Positions 33,013 to 38,654 of a stretch of 38,654 bases of DNA are shown piece by piece. This DNA is from a virus (lineage: Duplodnaviria > Caudoviricetes). Under the pieces are notes generated by a model. That model was not told where the DNA came from, made no database searches, and saw only the letters and a list, made by a program, of their open reading frames with translations. Position 1 is the stretch's first letter. Every line of letters begins with the position of its first letter. The stretch lies in the IMG/VR virus record IMGVR_UViG_3300024038_000010, positions 1 to 38,654 of that record. The stretch is one strand, 5' to 3'. Both the position numbers and the translations under genes were made by a program.

Positions 33013-35903
33013 TCGTTGTTCACCTCATTCGTGCGCCGGACAGTAAAAAGCAGACCTTTTATGTGAATGATCTGCTGTCGTTCCTAGTGTCCGAAGTGGG
33101 TCCGAGGTTCCCCGCGGGAAGCCGTATTACTGATATGGCAACGGGTCAATCAGTGACCCCAAAATCTACCGAGGAGATCCGTGCCCTTCGGTCGCTTCCC
33201 GGCCCGTTCGTTGTAGAGATAAGTCCCGGAGAGTTTGGCTTCTGGACGGCATTGGCAGTGGCTGTCGCGTCGTCGACGGCATCGATGATTATCTCGTCCA
33301 TCTTCGCGCAGGATCCTCCGAACGCGACCGCTAGAAATGTTCAGCAGGAATCACCGAACAATGGACTGTCTGAGCGTACCAACAAGGCTAGAGTTAATGG
33401 CCGTGTGCCCGACATCTATGGCCAGGTTCGGTCGACACCGGATCTATTGGCCCCCCCTTACAAGGTCTTCGAGAACCACGTCGAGAAGGAAGTTGCCTAC
33501 ATGTGCATCGGTCGTGGATCTTATGAGATCCATGATGCGCGTGACGACACGACGATAATTTCAGAGATTGCTGGGGCATCGGTCGAAGTCTATGCGCCTT
33601 TCACATCTCCCAATAGCGGTGACACGCCGCAGTTGAGGATCGGTAACGCGATCAACTTGCCGGTCATCACCGCGAAGCGAGTGAACAGCGTAAACGGTCA
33701 GGTGCTGCAACCCCAGGACGTTGGTAGCGTCATCCGCCGAGGAATGATATTCCGATCGCCGAATGAAGTTGTCTCCCAGGATTCAAACGTTGATTTCGGC
33801 GATGTCTTTATTCCGGGTGACGTGATTCAGATCCAGAACGCGGCCCAGACGCAGGGAACGTACTCTTATACGCCGCCGGCCGGCGCAGTTTTTCGTTCGC
33901 AAGCTTCTCCTACGCCAGAATGGGGGGAATTGGATTTCGCCGGCGACCATTCGGCTTCGTGGTCTCCAAGCCACATCGTGACTCTTTCCAATGGCTTTGT
34001 CACTTGGACAGATTCTACGGGAGGGGGATCGGATCTTCCTTACACCGCATCGAGCAATGTGACTGGCGTGTACGGTGTCCTCAGCGTTACTTATTTGCCG
34101 GTAGATGGTGTTACGCGAATTCGGCTCGACGTGACGCAGAACTCGGCCGCGTGGGGGGCTTTCCGAAACGCTCCGACTGAAGTTACCGGCTCTCCCACGT
34201 TGACGAGGCCATCTGATGTGGTCCAGTTTGACCTGTCTGGGCAATACGTCATTACGACGGTGACGTCGGGCTTGTTAACCCTAAACAACCCCTCCGCGGT
34301 TAATCCCGGTTGGACGACGATGCAGGACGACTACGGCGGGCAGTCGACCGTCATGAACCCGACCATCACGACGGTTGGGGAGCGTTGGGTAGGGTGGTTC
34401 ACCGTCGAGGCGGTGCGTCCCATCACGAGGATAATTTCCAATGTTGTGGCGCTGAATGGTCTGTACAAGGACAACGGGCGTCAACAGTATAGGCGCGACG
34501 TAAGTTACCGGATTGAAGCTCAGCGGGTCGATGGATCAGGAAACCCAGTAGGGGCGATTAGCTCTTTCGATCGCACCATAGTTGGTTCGGCGGTTACCCG
34601 TTCGACTCGGGCAGACACCTTGGATATGGTTCTGGGTGGGACATCAAGTACGCGCTGGCGTTTCCGAGCCCGCAGGCTTACCGATTCCGATACCGAATTT
34701 GAGGGTTCGGTTGTAGACGAAATCAAGTGGCGCGATCTATATGCCTGTAGCTCCGTGGACCAGTTGCACTTTGGTGATGTTACGACCGTTCAGTCAGTCA
34801 CGTTCGCCACCGACGGGGCACTGGCCATAAAGGAGCGCAAGCTCAATCTGTTGGTTACGAGGAAGTTGCCGCAACGCATATCCGGCTCCACCTTTACTAC
34901 AGAGCGCTACCCTACTCAGAACGTGGCTGATATCTTGTCCGCCATTTGCTTGGATCCGCAGATTGGGAACAGGCCGGCCGCTGAGATTGACTTTGATAAC
35001 TTCTACCAGACACGTCAGGACATCGTCGATTACTTCGGCATCGACATCGCCCAGTTCAACTACACGATTGATAGCGACAACCTGTCTTTCGAAGAAACTA
35101 TCTCGATGATCGCCGAGGCCGTCTTTTGCAGGGCCTACCGCAGGGGAAGCGTTATTAGGCTCTTCTTCGAGAGGCAGACAGACGACTCCGCCATCCTATT
35201 CAACCACCGCAACAAGCTGCCTGGCTCTGAGCAACGCACAGAGGGAAGTGCGGCGGAGAACGATGGCATCGAGTACCAGTGGATCAACCCAGCGAACGAT
35301 GCCGCCGAGACAATCTACCTGCCGGAGGATCGCTCTGCGGTCAATGCGAAACGCATTGAGTCTGTCGGTGTTCGCATTGAGGCACAGGCAAAGATTCACG
35401 CCTATCGAGAATGGAACAGGCTTCAGTTCCAAGATGTTGTGACAGAGTTTGATGCCCTACCGGAAGCCAATCTTCTGACGGTGAGCGAGAGAATCCTTTG
35501 TGCAGACAACACGAGGGCAGGCAGTCAGGATGGTGAGATTGTTGCCACCGATCCAGACAACCCATTGCTGGTGACCTTGTCCCAGCCATTTGACTGGACG
35601 GTAGGCGGCCCGTTTCGGATTTTTCTGCAGAACAGCGATGGCCAGGTTGAATCAATGCCCGTGCAGTCTGGAGGAGGGGCTCGCCTTGCACTTCTGTCAA
35701 CCGAGCCCCGCACCCCGATCATTTTACGGGGAGACGGATACAACCCTACCGGATACATCCTTGGGAAAGGATCTAGCCCACGCCAGGCCCAGCCCTTCCT
35801 TGTGACGGAGAAGGGCGTTCCCAACGACGACGGCACGATTCCGCTGACAGCGATCAACTACGACGACAGGTACTACCAGAACGATCTGGACTTCCACCCC
35901 TAA
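33009..35903 (+). CDS. Central tail-tip/host specificity protein (TipJ-like, 964 aa)
   Basis: SPNNGLSERTNKARVNGRVPDIYGQVRSTPDL, LFNHRNK, terminal AINYDDRYYQND. Confidence 0.85.
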   Translation: MIVVHLIRAPDSKKQTFYVNDLLSFLVSEVGPRFPAGSRITDMATGQSVTPKSTEEIRALRSLPGPFVVEISPGEFGFWTALAVAVASSTASMIISSIFAQDPPNATARNVQQESPNNGLSERTNKARVNGRVPDIYGQVRSTPDLLAPPYKVFENHVEKEVAYMCIGRGSYEIHDARDDTTIISEIAGASVEVYAPFTSPNSGDTPQLRIGNAINLPVITAKRVNSVNGQVLQPQDVGSVIRRGMIFRSPNEVVSQDSNVDFGDVFIPGDVIQIQNAAQTQGTYSYTPPAGAVFRSQASPTPEWGELDFAGDHSASWSPSHIVTLSNGFVTWTDSTGGGSDLPYTASSNVTGVYGVLSVTYLPVDGVTRIRLDVTQNSAAWGAFRNAPTEVTGSPTLTRPSDVVQFDLSGQYVITTVTSGLLTLNNPSAVNPGWTTMQDDYGGQSTVMNPTITTVGERWVGWFTVEAVRPITRIISNVVALNGLYKDNGRQQYRRDVSYRIEAQRVDGSGNPVGAISSFDRTIVGSAVTRSTRADTLDMVLGGTSSTRWRFRARRLTDSDTEFEGSVVDEIKWRDLYACSSVDQLHFGDVTTVQSVTFATDGALAIKERKLNLLVTRKLPQRISGSTFTTERYPTQNVADILSAICLDPQIGNRPAAEIDFDNFYQTRQDIVDYFGIDIAQFNYTIDSDNLSFEETISMIAEAVFCRAYRRGSVIRLFFERQTDDSAILFNHRNKLPGSEQRTEGSAAENDGIEYQWINPANDAAETIYLPEDRSAVNAKRIESVGVRIEAQAKIHAYREWNRLQFQDVVTEFDALPEANLLTVSERILCADNTRAGSQDGEIVATDPDNPLLVTLSQPFDWTVGGPFRIFLQNSDGQVESMPVQSGGGARLALLSTEPRTPIILRGDGYNPTGYILGKGSSPRQAQPFLVTEKGVPNDDGTIPLTAINYDDRYYQNDLDFHP

Positions 35904-35919
35904 AACAGCCTTAAACCAC

Positions 35920-35947
35920 AGCCCCGCCAAGTGCGGGGTTTTTTATT
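35920..35947 (+). terminator. Rho-independent terminator after the TipJ-like gene
   Basis: AGCCCCGC-CAAGT-GCGGGGTT followed by TTTTATT. Confidence 0.8.
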
Positions 35948-35958
35948 GAGAGTCGCAC

Positions 35959-37671
35959 ATGGCCTATATCACTCCACAAGAATTGACGAACGCCAGCGTT
36001 GACGCTGGCACTTTGGCGAAATTCTCTACTGGTCCGGCCGGTCAACCCAATATCAATCGAGTCTGGAATGATGTAAAGAATCTAGCGACAATTCGCGTGG
36101 AAGCTCTGGACGCCGCGTCAGCGGCTGCGAATCTGCGTACCTATCTCACCAAAGCGGCTATGGAAGCCGATGTCGGCCAGCCAGTTCCCACGACCGGGAG
36201 GGTGACGATTGATCCGACGCCGGCCAATAATGGCGATTACGTTTGGAACGGAACCGCCTGGATCCGTTCTGAAATTCAGCCAGCAACAACCGCCTCGGTT
36301 CTGGAGGTGGAGGAAGGGGTTCGAAGTAACTCGAACAAGATTTCCCTGAAGGCAGGCTATGGACGTTTTCCCTTGTCCGTTTGGGGGGAAAGTGCGCGTG
36401 CTGTTGATGTCGATCCGCAGGGCGATACTGCCGGCGGTGGAGATGTGACGGAAGCCCTAGAGAGCCGTGTCACCACTTTGGAGAATGGCAGTGGTAGTCG
36501 CGTTTCTCGGGGTCACATTGCTGTAGGGCAAAGCAATGCTCGCGGAGCGGGCGACCCGGTGCCATTCCCGCTCACTGCCACGGCAAAGTACGTGCACCAG
36601 GCTTTCATGCCTGGCGGCCCGGGCATGAATGTCGCCGTGGGTACGGGTGCTGACGGCAGCTACGACCCGATCAATCCTGCGAACTTTCAGTCCTTTGTCC
36701 CTTTGCGCTCGACGCAGTTGAGCGCAAGCAACAGTACTACGCTGTTAGAGGGCATCGGGTGGGCGCAAGCGCAGCTTGAGGAATTCAAGGGTCAAGAGTT
36801 CGAACGGCTTTACTGGACGACGGCCCAGGGCGGTGTCTCGCTGGCGGCGCGTAGCCCTGGCACCATTCCCTACGCCAATATGCTGGAGGCCTTGGGCCGT
36901 AGTGTGGCCATAGCGCAGGACGCCGGTAAGTCCTATGTTGTCGAGGCTATGCACTCGGCCGAGGGCGAAGCCGATACGGCAACCGTAGGCTTTGATCAGG
37001 ATCTGATCAGCGTATACGCCGAGCAGCTCACTGCTGATATTAAGGCAGCCACCGGGCAGACGTTCGACCCGCCCATCATTCTCTCGCAGCCGTCCAGCTT
37101 TTTTGGCAGCGTCGAGGGTGTGCTGGGCATCTATCGAGCGGCCAGAGACAACCCGCGCATGCATCTCGCCACAGCGGGCTATCACCTGCCGTACTGGACT
37201 GACCTGCTGCACTACACCGGGCTGGGGCACGTCATAAATGGGGAGTACCACCTGCGTGTGCTGCGCGCCCTGCGCGCCGGCCGCATTTGGCGCCCGGTGA
37301 TGCCGAAGTTCATTAAGTGGGATGGCGGCACCGGCCTGGACGTGTGGTTCCACGTTCCGGAGCCTCCCCTCGTGATCGATCTGACGGCACCGCACCATGG
37401 CGACTACGGCTTCGTGATTCGCGCCGACGGTGCCAGCCAAGCGATCTCATCGATTGAGCAAGTGGGCCCTGACCACATCCACTTCGAGACCGCCGCGCCG
37501 CTGGGTGCGAACCGCTCACTGCAGTATGCGATGCGTGGCTACCAGTCCAGTCCGCGGCAGCCGGGCGATGGTCCCATGGGTGCGCTGCGTGATAGCTGCG
37601 ACACACCGTCGATATTTGATCCAGCGCACATTCTCTGGAACTGGGGTGTGCATTTCTTGGAGAGCTTCTGA
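35959..37671 (+). CDS. Tail fibre/spike with SGNH (sialate O-acetylesterase-like) domain
   Basis: N-terminal virion-anchor-like region (DPTPANNGDYVWNG), then GQSNA, GG.S, EGEAD and DLLHY catalytic-type motifs. Confidence 0.75.
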   Translation: MAYITPQELTNASVDAGTLAKFSTGPAGQPNINRVWNDVKNLATIRVEALDAASAAANLRTYLTKAAMEADVGQPVPTTGRVTIDPTPANNGDYVWNGTAWIRSEIQPATTASVLEVEEGVRSNSNKISLKAGYGRFPLSVWGESARAVDVDPQGDTAGGGDVTEALESRVTTLENGSGSRVSRGHIAVGQSNARGAGDPVPFPLTATAKYVHQAFMPGGPGMNVAVGTGADGSYDPINPANFQSFVPLRSTQLSASNSTTLLEGIGWAQAQLEEFKGQEFERLYWTTAQGGVSLAARSPGTIPYANMLEALGRSVAIAQDAGKSYVVEAMHSAEGEADTATVGFDQDLISVYAEQLTADIKAATGQTFDPPIILSQPSSFFGSVEGVLGIYRAARDNPRMHLATAGYHLPYWTDLLHYTGLGHVINGEYHLRVLRALRAGRIWRPVMPKFIKWDGGTGLDVWFHVPEPPLVIDLTAPHHGDYGFVIRADGASQAISSIEQVGPDHIHFETAAPLGANRSLQYAMRGYQSSPRQPGDGPMGALRDSCDTPSIFDPAHILWNWGVHFLESF

Positions 37672-38423
37672 TGCATACGTTTCGACGTGTCGAAAAAGTA
37701 CAGCCCACCATCGCTGCTCGATATGGTGCGGTCGCGATTCCTGCTGTATCAGAGATTGACTATTTCCTCGCCAATCTGGCTGACGATGACGGTAGGCCTC
37801 TGATCGATTTCTGGATTTCGCCGTTGGCTACGACGCTGGCTCCCGATGGCTCCAGCATTATGGATCGCCGCCAGCCTCAAGGCATGAACTGGGCGGTCGC
37901 AAGTGGGGCGGGCGTGGTGTCGGTCGCGGAAGGGCGGATTGTGCTCCCGGGGACTCTCAATCTTGCTGCCGGCGTGGCCGCGGCTGTCAACCCGTCTGCG
38001 TTTACGGTAGTCGCGCGGGTGCATCCCGTTGCAAGTTCCATCCTGGTCGGCACCGAACGGGCCTCGATATCGGGGACCGGCGCTGTTTCGATCGGAGCGT
38101 CGGGGATCCTGACTGCCGCTGGTGGCTCCGGGAACGTTGCGGATAACGCAGGCAGTCTCATCAATAGCGACCTTGTTGCTACGGTCACGTTCTCCACAGA
38201 GCGGGGCGTGTCCATCCGGCGCGACGGTGCCCAGACATACGCGAACGCGGGCCGCACCGCCTCCAACCTGGGCTCCCGACTCTACTTCGGCGGTACTGGC
38301 ACTTCGACGAACTACTACAACGGGAACATCGGCTACCTGCTGTACTCGCTGCGCGACCTGTCCGACCCCGCGTATCGAGCGGGGCTGTCCGCCATTGAGC
38401 GCGCTCTAGTGGATCTGGGATAG
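37671..38423 (+). CDS. Concanavalin A/LamG-like beta-sandwich protein, tail-associated
   Basis: AFTVVARV, VATVTF...IRRDG, LYFGG...YYNGNIG...LS pattern; translationally coupled to the spike gene. Confidence 0.6.
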   Translation: MHTFRRVEKVQPTIAARYGAVAIPAVSEIDYFLANLADDDGRPLIDFWISPLATTLAPDGSSIMDRRQPQGMNWAVASGAGVVSVAEGRIVLPGTLNLAAGVAAAVNPSAFTVVARVHPVASSILVGTERASISGTGAVSIGASGILTAAGGSGNVADNAGSLINSDLVATVTFSTERGVSIRRDGAQTYANAGRTASNLGSRLYFGGTGTSTNYYNGNIGYLLYSLRDLSDPAYRAGLSAIERALVDLG

Positions 38424-38425
38424 CG

Positions 38426-38654
38426 ATGGTTTCGAAAGCAACTGAAGAACGGGCCGCTGACGTGTACCTCTCCGAAGCTTTCATCAAGAGCCTGCACGCA
38501 CAGGTTGTGGAAATGAAGGGCGATCTATCCGAGTGCACGCAGGCTACCAAGCGGAACACCGCGGCGATCGAGCAAGTGCAGACGAACACCCAGGATATCG
38601 TCGATACGTTCCAAGCCCTGGCCGGAGGGTTTCGGGTTCTGCAGGGGCTGGGCC
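38426..38654 (+). CDS. Putative holin-like lysis protein, N-terminal part (runs off right edge)
   Basis: Hand translation MVSKATEERAADVYLSEAFIKSLHAQVVEMKGDLSECTQATKRNTAAIEQVQTNTQDIVDTFQALAGGFRVLQGLG: a coiled coil leading into an amphipathic segment, positioned after the tail genes. Confidence 0.5.
   Translation, partial: MVSKATEERAADVYLSEAFIKSLHAQVVEMKGDLSECTQATKRNTAAIEQVQTNTQDIVDTFQALAGGFRVLQGLG

Larger units (their letters stand above)
1..38654. mobile_element. Temperate lambdoid siphophage/prophage (partial; both ends outside window)
   Basis: Continuous lambdoid order: recombination genes, cI/cro switch, replication, Q-like gene, terminase, HK97-type head, long non-contractile tail, holin-like gene. 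No host genes seen. Confidence 0.97.

Overview
The window is most of a temperate lambdoid siphophage or prophage with HK97-type head genes. Its GC-rich composition and gene style suggest a betaproteobacterial host, which is inference only. From left to right it contains: a leftward early operon (C5 DNA methyltransferase running off the edge, two HNH nucleases, ssb, YqaJ exonuclease, ERF, three DUF1566/C-type-lectin-fold genes); a long structured pL leader with boxA; OL; accessory genes at the rexAB-equivalent position; cI/OR/cro/cII; ninB, ref, O-like initiator with iterons and a DnaC-like loader; a Q-like gene with pR'/tR'; packaging, head and tail genes, including a glycosyltransferase/methyltransferase trio and a G/GT frameshift; an esterase-bearing receptor-binding protein; and the start of a holin-like gene. 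The main finding is that the three DUF1566 genes end in a shared 99-bp segment whose 17 variable sites all lie at codon positions 1-2 of NNC/NNT codons. Each copy is followed at near-constant distance by a GC hairpin with a GNA loop. This is the signature of diversity-generating retroelement (DGR) variable repeats. No template repeat or reverse transcriptase is visible in the window, and an HNH gene sits where the avd-TR-RT cassette would be expected. These look like orphaned or trans-served multi-target DGR genes encoding non-structural early proteins. No integrase, endolysin, tRNA, rRNA or CRISPR array was seen.
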